A DNA stretch of 50,342 nucleotides from contig JAILCZ010000152.1 of NCBI GenBank assembly GCA_024689985.1, forward strand, positions 1-50,342, given 5' to 3'. Shown piece after piece: positions 40,450-49,751 of this stretch (the stretch's first letter is position 1; every line of letters begins with the position of its first letter). The translations under genes and the position numbers were made by a program. This DNA comes from Bacteroidales bacterium. GTDB lineage: Bacteria; Bacteroidota; Bacteroidia; Bacteroidales; UBA932. Below the pieces are notes generated by a model. The model was given only the letters and a program-made list of their open reading frames with translations. It made no database searches and was not told the origin of the DNA.

Positions 40450-40467
40450 ATCCCAAGAAGTTGGTAT
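40450..40467. promoter_or_regulatory. Palindromic operator-like box (sRNA promoter)
   Basis: ATCCCAA-GAAG-TTGGTAT, 11/14 match to ATCCCTA-N4-TAGGGAT, 22 nt from the -7 element. Confidence 0.65.
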
Positions 40468-42524
40468 TATGAAGCATAACTGTGTAACCCGCCGAGAATG
40501 AAGTTCACGCCGAAGTACGTGATCAGCACGCACAGAAAGGCGAGAATTGCAAAGACGTGCATCACGCGAGGCTTTTCCAGGGCCTTGAGCGACACTTTGT
40601 GCATCGCGGCCGCATAGACAAGCAGGGTGACGAGGGCCCAGGTCTCCTTCGGATCCCAGGACCAGTATGTACCCCAGCTGACATTCGCCCAGATGGCGCC
40701 AAGGAAGGTGCCGATTATGAGCAGGAACTCAGCCGGATATAGAATTACCGTGGAAATTGCCGCGAGTTCGTCGCTGGCCTCGTCGTTGCGCACGACCAGG
40801 CCCATAACTCCCAGCAGGGCCATCATACCGAAGAGGGTGTATGAAATCATCATACAGGCCACGTGGATTGACAGCAGAGGGGACGAGAGTACCGGCATCA
40901 GCGGGGTGATGCGCGGATTTGACTCGCCGAGGACGGCGACAAGCATAGCGAAGCCGGCAAGCATCAGGCCCAGAGGCTGGATTACCGGGAACCGTCTTCC
41001 GACAACGGCGGTAAAGACTGAAGACATCCACGCAATGAGGAGCATCATCTCGAAGCCTCCCGCCATAGGGATATGGCCCTGGACGAACCAGCGGAGTCCG
41101 AGAACAACCGTAAGGTAAACACCAACGACGGCAGAAAGCAGGCTGAGGGCATTCACGACCGGACGCGGAAGACGCCTGCGACGCGATATGGCAAGTCCCA
41201 TCCAGATGAAGACGATCATTCCAAGGGTGACGCAGATCATTGCCAGCATCATCGGCCGGCCCAGTTTGTTGTAGATTTTCTCCGCCTTGAGATGAGACGC
41301 GTCCGGAAGAACATCCGATGCCACCTTTTCCTGATACAGGCGCATTTTGGCGATTACCCTTGAGGCTTCCTCATAATCTTTGTTGAAGAAAAGCTCGCCC
41401 AGATACGGAAAACACTTCTTGATGAATGTCCAGGTATCGGTATCCATATCTACCGGAAGAATCTGTGCGGAAGAGTACCATACCACCTTTCCGTCCTCCT
41501 CATAAGGGAAGACCTTCACGATTTTTTGGGCGCAGGCGCTCTGGAAGGCGTATATCTTCTCGGCTTCCTTAGCCGTTCCCACTTCCTTCTTCTTTATCTT
41601 CATCGGCACATCAGCCCAGGAGCTGCCGTAGAACATCCAGCCCGTGAACACCTGTTCCGTCGTATATCCCCCTACCGACGGCTTGCCATATACTTTCATC
41701 ACATAGTCCCTGGCCATCGTCTGAAGAGGACAGATTCTGCCGTTGTAATAGACGTAGAGGTCTCCTATCTGTTCTGCGACATCCTCAGGAAGCACCTTCG
41801 GCGCGGCTGAAGCCGTATGCGAGAAGCCCAGGATCAGGGCAATGACGGCCATTCCCTTTCCGAGACGCGAAAGAGCCCTGCGGAAAGTTGATTTGGAATC
41901 AAAAAAGAAGGATACGAGTCCCACAAGAAGGCAAAAGTACCCGATATATGTCAGCGTGACTCCCCAAGGATCATCACTGACGGTGAGGATGGTTCCATTT
42001 TCATCCTCATCATATGCGCTCTGGTAGAAACGGTATCCTCCTGTCTTAAGAATCTTGTTCATACTGATCACGGCCTCCTCCGATCCGTTCACGAGAACCG
42101 TGCTGCTGTAATCCATCGGCATTTCGGAGCCCGGATAGCGGCTGACCTCGAATGATTTCAGGGTGATGGAAAACGGAAGTTCCGCCTTCCCGCCTTCCTC
42201 GAGTTCCATCTCGCTCACCGTCTCTCCAACCCTGATCTTCATAAGACCGGTCCTTGACGTAAGGTGAGTCACAAGGGCTCCTACGAGGATGAGCACGAAG
42301 GAAAGATGGATTATCGCAACTGCAGGGCGGCGGATTGCCTTGCTTTTGAAAAGCCAGACAAGGCCGGAAATGACGGCCACGGCCCACAGAAGGATGAAAA
42401 GAGGAGAATGATAGAACAGGCCGAAGGCCTTGTCCGGGCCGGAGACTTTTTCAACGACCGTGGCAGCCATCATCATCAGGATAATGGCTGCCATTGATAT
42501 GAGCGATATTCTTTTAGATAGCAT
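40467..42524 (-). CDS. ccsA: Fused System II cytochrome c maturation protein (CcsBA, ResB plus CcsA)
   Basis: IIHLSFVLILVGA, YRFYQS, LSIHV, WWD domain GAIWANVSWGTYWSWDPKETW, GLHSY. Confidence 0.92.
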   Translation of the reverse strand: MLSKRISLISMAAIILMMMAATVVEKVSGPDKAFGLFYHSPLFILLWAVAVISGLVWLFKSKAIRRPAVAIIHLSFVLILVGALVTHLTSRTGLMKIRVGETVSEMELEEGGKAELPFSITLKSFEVSRYPGSEMPMDYSSTVLVNGSEEAVISMNKILKTGGYRFYQSAYDEDENGTILTVSDDPWGVTLTYIGYFCLLVGLVSFFFDSKSTFRRALSRLGKGMAVIALILGFSHTASAAPKVLPEDVAEQIGDLYVYYNGRICPLQTMARDYVMKVYGKPSVGGYTTEQVFTGWMFYGSSWADVPMKIKKKEVGTAKEAEKIYAFQSACAQKIVKVFPYEEDGKVVWYSSAQILPVDMDTDTWTFIKKCFPYLGELFFNKDYEEASRVIAKMRLYQEKVASDVLPDASHLKAEKIYNKLGRPMMLAMICVTLGMIVFIWMGLAISRRRRLPRPVVNALSLLSAVVGVYLTVVLGLRWFVQGHIPMAGGFEMMLLIAWMSSVFTAVVGRRFPVIQPLGLMLAGFAMLVAVLGESNPRITPLMPVLSSPLLSIHVACMMISYTLFGMMALLGVMGLVVRNDEASDELAAISTVILYPAEFLLIIGTFLGAIWANVSWGTYWSWDPKETWALVTLLVYAAAMHKVSLKALEKPRVMHVFAILAFLCVLITYFGVNFILGGLHSYAS

Positions 42525-44172
42525 TGATGAACTTCACGATTGCATCACGGTCCTCCTTGTCCAGGGCACGGAATGCTTCGACCGAAGAGCGGGCATCGCT
42601 CTCAGATGAGCCGTGCCACATAATTGCCTCGATCACATTGCGTGCGCGCCTGTCGTGGAGTCTGTCCGAATGGCCGGCACACAGAGGAGAAAGTCCCCTG
42701 CCCCAGAGAGGGGTGGTGCGGCACCATCCGGTGCGGATGTCATTGACCATATGGAGTTTATGCTGAATCATATCCGTATAAGGCCAGATGGTCTGGTTAG
42801 GATACTTAGGCAGCTTCTTGACCTTGCCGTCGATTGTCTTCTGACCGTTCACGAAGAAGAGGTTAGGGTCATAGGCATCGTCATCGCCCGTAGTCCAGCT
42901 TGGCTTGTGACAGTGGGCGCAGCCGATCTCGCGGAAGAGGTAGCGTCCCTTCTGCACCGTCTCGTCGTCGAGGTCACGGGCAGCAGGCACTGCAAGTCCT
43001 CTGTGCCAGATCATAAAGTCAGCATAATTCTCATCGGTCATTTCAACCGGAAGATTCGTACTTGTAAGATAGTTGTAGATATCCGTCTCCACGTCACCGG
43101 TATATTCGACGCCCGTAAGCTCCTCGAACTGGTCCTTCGGGAAGTAGTCGTAGAACACGGCCTGTACTTCAGGGTCCTGTGAGGATGTCTTGGCGTAGTA
43201 ATCGCCGGAGAGGTTGAGATAATGATATCTTCTGTCGGAACGGGTCACGTTCGTGATGTTCCAGATTGCGTTCGCACCAGGACCGTCCTGCACCTTGCCG
43301 CGTGAAAGGGCGTAGGTGAAGCGGCGGGCCACCTTGGTACCGTCGCCCTGCTTTGAGTTGGAGTACATACTTACCCACTGACCGTTGGCATAGTATGCAG
43401 GATTGAGGTTCACTCCGTATTTTTCCTCGAGCTGATACTGGGCGAGGAGGTCGTCGTCGGAGATTGCGTCAAGAAGACCGGTTCCGTAGATTCCGATCGT
43501 GGATTCGAGTTTCACTCCGTACTCGCCCTCAGCCAGTTCAGTCTGGTCGGTCGCAAGTACCTTTCCGCCATAGAAGGCGTCAAGAGGGATGGTTACCTCC
43601 GGATAGATGAGGCTGTAAGTCTCGCCGTCATCGAATTTGTTGCCCCACTCGTCGGTGTACTCAAGCCAGTCGATCGTGATCTTGCTTTCGTCGATAGGAG
43701 CCTTGAAAGGGCCGTTGGCCTTTGTCTGAGGCATACCTGCCACTGAGCCCACATAGGCCTCGGTAGCCTTGTTATAGACTACGAGAAGATAGCCGTTGCC
43801 ATATTCGTTGGCCTTGTATGAGGTCACCCTCTTTCCGTAGCCGTAGCCTGGATGGCAGTCGATGCACGAAGCACGCACATAGGCAGGGCCGAGGCCGTTG
43901 AACGGCTTGGTGCTCGTATTGTACGTGCGCTCGAAGAAGTATTCTCCGTAGTTGAATTCGTCATCCATTCCTGCCTCGCTTACAGCAGGAGAGGCGTCCT
44001 CGTATGCGGACGCCGTCGTGTTGAAGGTGGTGCCTAATTCACCACCAGCGTAAGTCTCGATCTTAATCTCGTCGTCGGTGATTTTCCATTCCGCCGAAGA
44101 GACCTTGTCGTCGTTGCAGGCTGCAGCAGCAGCCAATGCAACGATCGAAAGGATAATTGTTCTGTTGGTCAT
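42514..44172 (-). CDS. Di-heme oxidoreductase (DUF1111-like) lipoprotein
   Basis: Lipobox AAAC-NDDK; NGLGP...CIDCH and GRYLF..IGCAHCH; RTTPLWG, LHD.RAR...EAIMWH. Confidence 0.9.
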   Translation of the reverse strand: MTNRTIILSIVALAAAAACNDDKVSSAEWKITDDEIKIETYAGGELGTTFNTTASAYEDASPAVSEAGMDDEFNYGEYFFERTYNTSTKPFNGLGPAYVRASCIDCHPGYGYGKRVTSYKANEYGNGYLLVVYNKATEAYVGSVAGMPQTKANGPFKAPIDESKITIDWLEYTDEWGNKFDDGETYSLIYPEVTIPLDAFYGGKVLATDQTELAEGEYGVKLESTIGIYGTGLLDAISDDDLLAQYQLEEKYGVNLNPAYYANGQWVSMYSNSKQGDGTKVARRFTYALSRGKVQDGPGANAIWNITNVTRSDRRYHYLNLSGDYYAKTSSQDPEVQAVFYDYFPKDQFEELTGVEYTGDVETDIYNYLTSTNLPVEMTDENYADFMIWHRGLAVPAARDLDDETVQKGRYLFREIGCAHCHKPSWTTGDDDAYDPNLFFVNGQKTIDGKVKKLPKYPNQTIWPYTDMIQHKLHMVNDIRTGWCRTTPLWGRGLSPLCAGHSDRLHDRRARNVIEAIMWHGSSESDARSSVEAFRALDKEDRDAIVKFINAI

Positions 44173-44181
44173 ATGTATAAA

Positions 44182-45339
44182 TTACTGTGCAATTGTCGTT
44201 TCTGCAGCTTCGAGGACCTCCACGAGAGCAGCGCAGGCTTCCATTGCAGCATCACACTTGGTGTTTGTCTTGCTGTAGTTCTTCACGAACGGATAGTCCA
44301 TTGCGTTGATTGCTGTGAGGGCTGCCTCGATGGCTGATGAGATGGCGTCGTCAGTATCTGCGTCATTCTTTGCAAAGTATGCGTGGAGTGATGATGCTGA
44401 GTTTCTCTCTGATGAGGTGCGGCCACCATAATAGACATTCTCGACAGATGTGATGTTGTCATAGAAGTCAGTGATTGAGTTGTAGCTGTATGGTGACTCG
44501 ATGTAGCTCTCGTCCTCTCCGGTGTGTGCCTTGCCGATCTTTGATGTTCCTACCTCGTCGGCGATGTCAGCTGATGACTGGAGGATTGACTGCATAGCGT
44601 GTGTCCAAGAGCGGAAGGTCGATCCGGCCTCGCCTGATGCGAGAAGGTTCTCTCCGTAGTAGAGGTCGCCGCCTGCGACTGTGGTGTTGAGCTCAAGCTC
44701 TTCCTCTACGTATGTGAGACGGTCGCCTGCTGCCTCGCCTCTCCAGGCTGCGTCAAGCTGTGCGGTTCTGTTCTTGAGGTCTCCTGACACGGCTACAGCA
44801 TAGATGAATTCGTTGTCAGTAATCTCTGATGCGCTCTTTGCCTCACCGTCTTCGAAGAGGATGTATTCGATTCCGTGGAATCCGAGAAGGGCGTTTCCGA
44901 GGTTCTCACCAGCGTAAACGGCTCCGTCCTCGCCTTCGAGGTTCTTGAGCATCTCAGGGCTGGCCATAAGGTTGTTGAATGCGTCCTCATCGAGTGGCCA
45001 AGAGTCGATGTGAGGGTCGATACCGAAGTCCGTCGCAGCTCCGAAGAGGAATGCCTCGCTCTTCTCCCACTGCTCACGAGCCTGGAGGAAAACCTTTGCG
45101 GCTGCCGCTACGTTTGCGTCTGTCTTTGATGCTGCGGCTGTGCTGAGGGCTTCCTCGAGTTCCTCGGTATAGTCTGCGAGTGATTTGTATGTAGGATAGA
45201 CGGTATTTGTAAGGAAGTCGGCTGCGATTTCCTTGAATTCTGCATCCTTTGCTGATGAGTCATTTGCATCGTCGTTGTCGCAAGAAGTGAATGCGAGTAC
45301 TGATGCGGCCATTGCGGCCATTACGAAAAATTTTTTCAT
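44182..45339 (-). CDS. Imelysin-family (IrpA/LruB-like) iron-regulated lipoprotein
   Basis: Lipobox FTSC-DNDD; WEKSEAFLFG, IDSWPLD, GFHGIE (GxHxxE), ESPYS; very acidic. Confidence 0.9.
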   Translation of the reverse strand: MKKFFVMAAMAASVLAFTSCDNDDANDSSAKDAEFKEIAADFLTNTVYPTYKSLADYTEELEEALSTAAASKTDANVAAAAKVFLQAREQWEKSEAFLFGAATDFGIDPHIDSWPLDEDAFNNLMASPEMLKNLEGEDGAVYAGENLGNALLGFHGIEYILFEDGEAKSASEITDNEFIYAVAVSGDLKNRTAQLDAAWRGEAAGDRLTYVEEELELNTTVAGGDLYYGENLLASGEAGSTFRSWTHAMQSILQSSADIADEVGTSKIGKAHTGEDESYIESPYSYNSITDFYDNITSVENVYYGGRTSSERNSASSLHAYFAKNDADTDDAISSAIEAALTAINAMDYPFVKNYSKTNTKCDAAMEACAALVEVLEAAETTIAQ

Positions 45340-45376
45340 GTTGATTATTTATTTGATTACACTACCTTCTATTGAA

Positions 45377-46663
45377 TTATCTCCTGAAGAAGCCTGTATA
45401 GGTGATGCCGATATTGATGCTCGGCTCGTTGTTGTACTGGCTCTTGAAGAATCTATGTGAGTATTCTGCCTTGAGAATGATGTTGCTTATTGGACTGTAG
45501 TTGATTCCGACGGCCATCCTGGTCTTGTCTGACCACTCATAGTCAGTCTGGCCTGATGGTGCGACATAAGAGTCATAGTATTCGCCGCGGACGAAGGCGA
45601 AGAGTTTCTGGCCTTCGAGCTTCCTTGAATGAAGGAAAGTGAACACATCATATCCTGCCTCTGCTCCGAATGCCATCGCATTCTCGCCCACGAGGGTATG
45701 GGAATATGGAGAGAATGTGGAGTTGTCGGAGTTCTTGTTGCTGGTTCCGATTGCAGCGGCGTTGTCGAGGTAGCCGTAGTCGGCATTTCCTCTGGCAATC
45801 ACCTTGCTGCCTTTGTATTCGAAGTCGAATGAACCGATGAGCACCGTGCCGGCGACACCGGTGCTGGTCGAGCCTGACGAGCTGACCGTTCTTGGATATG
45901 CGTCGTTGTCGGTGCCTCCTACATAGCCAGAAAGGCCGAGGCGAAGGTTTCTGAAGCTGTAGTTATCCACTCTGAAGGCAAAGGCGAGATCGTTTGCCAT
46001 CGTGTATTCGTAAGGCGATGCTGATCCGCCGCTCACCCAGCCGTCATTCGAGAAGAAGCGGCTGTTTAGTCCAGGAAGGACCTGTGCCGTATAGCCCCAG
46101 TCTCCGAGTCGTCCGAAGACGCTCACTCCGATCTGGTGCCAGGTGCAAGGGATGATCGTACTTTCACCTTCCTGACGGTAAACCGTGAAGAATTTGTCCG
46201 GTTCGTGGCGGTAGTTCGTGAGACCGACCGGGACGATGACCATTCCGGCCCTTACATTTATTGCAGGATTGAAGGTCTTCTGGAGCCAGAACTGCTCGAG
46301 ATAGACTTCTCCTCCCCTTTCAATTTCGTGTTCCACTTCGATCGCCTCATCGCCTTCCACTTCGATGGAAGCCTCGACGCCTCCGTGTTCGAACTCAATC
46401 TCAGAGCCCATTGACCAGCCTTTTCCGAAGTCATAACCCATCATTACCACTACGTGTGGGAGATCCACCTGACTATGGCCCTGAGAATCTTTATATCTGT
46501 CGGCGTACATATATCTGTACGGGGAGTTGCTGTAGAAATTATGAGAATAGACGGCCTCGCCATAACCTCCGATTACGAATCGGGTGGAGTCCTGAGCGGA
46601 CAGGTTGAAAAATGTCAGAACCGTCAATAAAACACACAAAACTAACTTTTTCATCTGAAGCAT
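45377..46663 (-). CDS. Outer-membrane porin-like beta-barrel
   Basis: Signal peptide (start 46663 or 46654); IGGYGE, SEIEFEHGG, VYLEQFW, VPVG..N..HEP..F; acidic loop. Confidence 0.8.
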   Translation of the reverse strand: MLQMKKLVLCVLLTVLTFFNLSAQDSTRFVIGGYGEAVYSHNFYSNSPYRYMYADRYKDSQGHSQVDLPHVVVMMGYDFGKGWSMGSEIEFEHGGVEASIEVEGDEAIEVEHEIERGGEVYLEQFWLQKTFNPAINVRAGMVIVPVGLTNYRHEPDKFFTVYRQEGESTIIPCTWHQIGVSVFGRLGDWGYTAQVLPGLNSRFFSNDGWVSGGSASPYEYTMANDLAFAFRVDNYSFRNLRLGLSGYVGGTDNDAYPRTVSSSGSTSTGVAGTVLIGSFDFEYKGSKVIARGNADYGYLDNAAAIGTSNKNSDNSTFSPYSHTLVGENAMAFGAEAGYDVFTFLHSRKLEGQKLFAFVRGEYYDSYVAPSGQTDYEWSDKTRMAVGINYSPISNIILKAEYSHRFFKSQYNNEPSINIGITYTGFFRR

Positions 46664-46707
46664 AATTTTTACAGATGCAAAGTTAGTTTCGTGCGGAAGT
46701 AGGGGCA

Positions 46708-46725
46708 ATCATTAAATTTAGGGAT
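46708..46725. promoter_or_regulatory. Palindromic operator-like box (porin operon promoter)
   Basis: ATCATTA-AATT-TAGGGAT, 12/14 match, 22 nt from the -7 element TAACTTTG (46685-46678). Confidence 0.7.
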
Positions 46726-46791
46726 TCTTCAGGCCCCCGAATCCCCATATGATGTTAGCCAAAAACGAACAGCCTCGTCAATAGCGAACGG

Positions 46792-49323
46792 CTACACTAT
46801 GAGCGTCGCTATTTGGTATGCTACAAAGGCCGCGATCCAGGCGACAACCATCGTCGTGGCACAGATGATTATGGCCCAGCTCCACCTGTTGGTCTCGTTC
46901 TTGATTGCCACGAAGGTAGCGATGCACGGGAAGTACAGGAGGACGAAGACCATAAAGGCTACGGCTGCCGGAAGGCTCACCGTGGAGAGGAGGGCCTGCT
47001 GCAGCTGGGTGTCCTCGGACATCGTGTCTGCGTCAGTTTCGCTCACGGCTGCGCCCTGGCTGTACATCACGCCAAGGGTGGATACGACGAGCTCCTTGGC
47101 GACGACTCCGGTAAGGAGTCCGATGTCCATCTTCCAGTTGAATCCAAGAGGGGCAAGGGCCGGCTCCACGGCCTTTCCGAGCAGGCCGATGTAGGAATGT
47201 TCCTGCTGCTTTTCGTAATATACATTCACGCTGTCCGCCCACATTGCCTTCTGCTCGGCGGCGAAGGCGAGGGCCGTGCTGTCAGGGGTCTGGATGGTCT
47301 CAAGAGCTGAAATCTGCTCTGATACCGCTGCGAAATTCTCCTGTGCGAGGTTGAGTTTTTCGCTTGTCGGGAAATAGCCCAGGAACCAGATGATGACTGA
47401 TCCGATGAGGATGGTCGTCGCCATCTTCTGGAGGTACTGACGACCCTTCTCCCAGGTATGGCGCCAGATTGCCTTTCCGGTAGGCACACGGTATGGAGGA
47501 AGCTCCATTACGAACGGCAGGTCGTCATCCTTGATGAAGCGGCTGACGACGACTGCTGCCAGAAGTGCCAGGACGATGCCGAGGAGATAGATCAGCAGCA
47601 GGGCAAGAGCCGAATGTGCCGGGAAGAAAGCTCCGGCCACAAGGACGAATATAGGAAGTCTGCCCGCGCAGGACATAAATGGAATGATTGCAATCGTTAT
47701 GAGGCGGCTCTTGCGGCTCTCAATCGAGCGGGTCGCCATAATTGCCGGCACGTTGCAGCCGAAGCCCATCACCATCGGGATGAATGACTTGCCGTGCAGG
47801 CCGATCTTGTGCATCAGCTTGTCCACGATGAAGGCCGCACGGGCCATATATCCGGAGTCCTCCATCAGGGAGATGAAGAAGTACAGGATCATAATGTTCG
47901 GCAGGAAGACGAGGACGCTTCCCACGCCGGCGATACAGCCGTCCACCACGAGGTCCTTGATCCAGCCGTCAGGCATAAATGAGGCCACGAATTCTCCGAA
48001 TGTCGCCACGAGCCAGTCGATCCAGTCCATCGGGTAGTTTCCTAGGGTGAATGTCGCCTGGAAGATGATGTACAGCAGGAGGATGAATATCGGGAATGCC
48101 AGCCACTGGTTTGTGACGACAGAGTCGATCCTGTCAGTCAGCGTCCTGTGGTGCTGGGTTTCCGTATGACGCTCGTATGTCTCAGCAAGGGCTCCCTGGA
48201 TGAATGCATATTTGGCATCGACGATGGCAGATTCGAGGTTCGTGTGCATAAGCTTCTCTATCCTCTGTCCCTCGTCATATCTTGCCGCGATTATGCTGTC
48301 GTGATTCGGCAGGGCCTCTACCACTTTCTCAATCTGGGAGTCGTTCTCCAGGTATTTGATCGCCAGATATCTGGTAGAGTATTTCGAGCGGATGTCCTTG
48401 TCTTCCTGGATGAGGAGCTTGATCCTGTCGATGCTCTTTTCGATTTCCGCGCCGTGGTTGATGTGGATATGGCGGCTGAGCTTAGGGTCTGCCTGGGTGT
48501 AGATATGGATGATCGTCTCCAGCAGCTCAGGGATTCCTTCGCCGTCTCGGCAGACCGTCGGGCATACAGGTATGCCGAGGAGGTAGCCGAACTGCTTGAT
48601 GTCAAATTTATCCCCCGTCGCGCGGAGCTCGTCGTACATATTCAGAGCCATCACCACGCGCAGGTTCATATCGATCACCTGTGTCGTAAGGTAGAGGTTG
48701 CGCTCGATGTTTGATGCATCGACGACATTCACTACGACGTCAGGTGTATTTTCAATGAGGTTTTTGCGGACATAGAGTTCTTCGGGAGAATAAGCCGAGA
48801 GAGAATATGTTCCCGGCAGGTCAACGAACACGAATTTATATCCCTTGTACTCGAATTTTCCCTCCTTGGCATCCACCGTCACGCCGCTGTAGTTGCCCAC
48901 GTGCTCGTGGCTGCCGGATGCTATGTTGAAGAGGGATGTCTTACCGCAGTTAGGATTTCCCACCAGGGCTACGCGGATCACGTGCCCGCGCTCCTCTGCC
49001 AGTCTGGACATCTCCGCGTCGAGTCTCTCCTCGTCGAAGATATCCTCAGGTACGATGGCATCAAGACCTGTCTGTTCAATGAGGGACTGCTTGGCCTCGG
49101 ATGCACTGATTACTTCAATCTGCCTGGCCTCCTCCCTTCTGAGAGAAAGCTTATATCCTAGTATTTCGTATTCGATTGGGTCCTTTAGCGGTGCATTCAG
49201 AATGACGCGCACCTTCTTTCCCGTGATGAAGCCCATCTCAATGAGCCTCTTTCTGAACGAGCCGTGGCTGCCGACCTTGGCAATCACACCCTGCTCGCCT
49301 GTCTGTAAGTCAGATAATTTCAT
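46792..49323 (-). CDS. feoB: Ferrous iron transporter, FeoA-FeoB fusion
   Basis: N-terminal FeoA (KRLIEMG...APLKDPIEY), G1 GNPNCGKT, GNYSGVTV, DLPGTYSL, NMYD, GFGCNVP, FVMELPPY. Confidence 0.96.
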   Translation of the reverse strand: MKLSDLQTGEQGVIAKVGSHGSFRKRLIEMGFITGKKVRVILNAPLKDPIEYEILGYKLSLRREEARQIEVISASEAKQSLIEQTGLDAIVPEDIFDEERLDAEMSRLAEERGHVIRVALVGNPNCGKTSLFNIASGSHEHVGNYSGVTVDAKEGKFEYKGYKFVFVDLPGTYSLSAYSPEELYVRKNLIENTPDVVVNVVDASNIERNLYLTTQVIDMNLRVVMALNMYDELRATGDKFDIKQFGYLLGIPVCPTVCRDGEGIPELLETIIHIYTQADPKLSRHIHINHGAEIEKSIDRIKLLIQEDKDIRSKYSTRYLAIKYLENDSQIEKVVEALPNHDSIIAARYDEGQRIEKLMHTNLESAIVDAKYAFIQGALAETYERHTETQHHRTLTDRIDSVVTNQWLAFPIFILLLYIIFQATFTLGNYPMDWIDWLVATFGEFVASFMPDGWIKDLVVDGCIAGVGSVLVFLPNIMILYFFISLMEDSGYMARAAFIVDKLMHKIGLHGKSFIPMVMGFGCNVPAIMATRSIESRKSRLITIAIIPFMSCAGRLPIFVLVAGAFFPAHSALALLLIYLLGIVLALLAAVVVSRFIKDDDLPFVMELPPYRVPTGKAIWRHTWEKGRQYLQKMATTILIGSVIIWFLGYFPTSEKLNLAQENFAAVSEQISALETIQTPDSTALAFAAEQKAMWADSVNVYYEKQQEHSYIGLLGKAVEPALAPLGFNWKMDIGLLTGVVAKELVVSTLGVMYSQGAAVSETDADTMSEDTQLQQALLSTVSLPAAVAFMVFVLLYFPCIATFVAIKNETNRWSWAIIICATTMVVAWIAAFVAYQIATLIV

Positions 49324-49384
49324 GTTCTCGACCTCTGCAATAATTGTCCGGATGCAAAGGTAAGGAACATAGTTCTTTTATAAC

Positions 49385-49402
49385 ATCCCTATTTATGGTT
49401 AT
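49385..49402. promoter_or_regulatory. Palindromic operator-like box (feoAB promoter)
   Basis: ATCCCTA-TTTA-TGGTTAT, 11/14 match, 22 nt from the -7 element TACCTTTG (49362-49355). Confidence 0.65.
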
Positions 49403-49751
49403 CTTTCTTCTTTCTCTCCTGTTCCGCCAGCCACTCGGCCCTCCTCTTCGCATAATACTCCTTGCGCTTCGGATTCTCCGGGAACCAGCCCTTCAGGATA
49501 CGCTTTTCCTGGTCGAAGACCTCCTTCACACCCCAGAAGAAAGAGAACGCGGCAGCTCCAAGAATCGTAGAACCGACAAAATTGCAGGTAAATAAGGAAG
49601 CCACAAGACAGATGATTCCGCTCACGAAGAAGAACCACCAGAACTTCCTTCCGAAATAATACTCGCCCTTGATCACGATAGGATGAAAAATACCAATGAT
49701 CAAAAAAGTTGCCGCACCTACGACTATGCCACCAAAATAAAGATTCTCCAT
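49389..49751 (-). CDS. DUF4491-like small membrane protein
   Basis: Start MENLYFGG; FLIIGIFHPIVIKGEYYFG, W..KEVFDQEKRILKGWFPENPKR. The longer ORF in the track reads through repeats. Confidence 0.85.
   Translation of the reverse strand: MENLYFGGIVVGAATFLIIGIFHPIVIKGEYYFGRKFWWFFFVSGIICLVASLFTCNFVGSTILGAAAFSFFWGVKEVFDQEKRILKGWFPENPKRKEYYAKRRAEWLAEQERKKKDNHK

Noticed and set aside
10555-49363. Numerous antisense or alternate-frame ORFs within long genes
   Set aside because: Expected shadows of biased codon usage; none has recognisable motifs.
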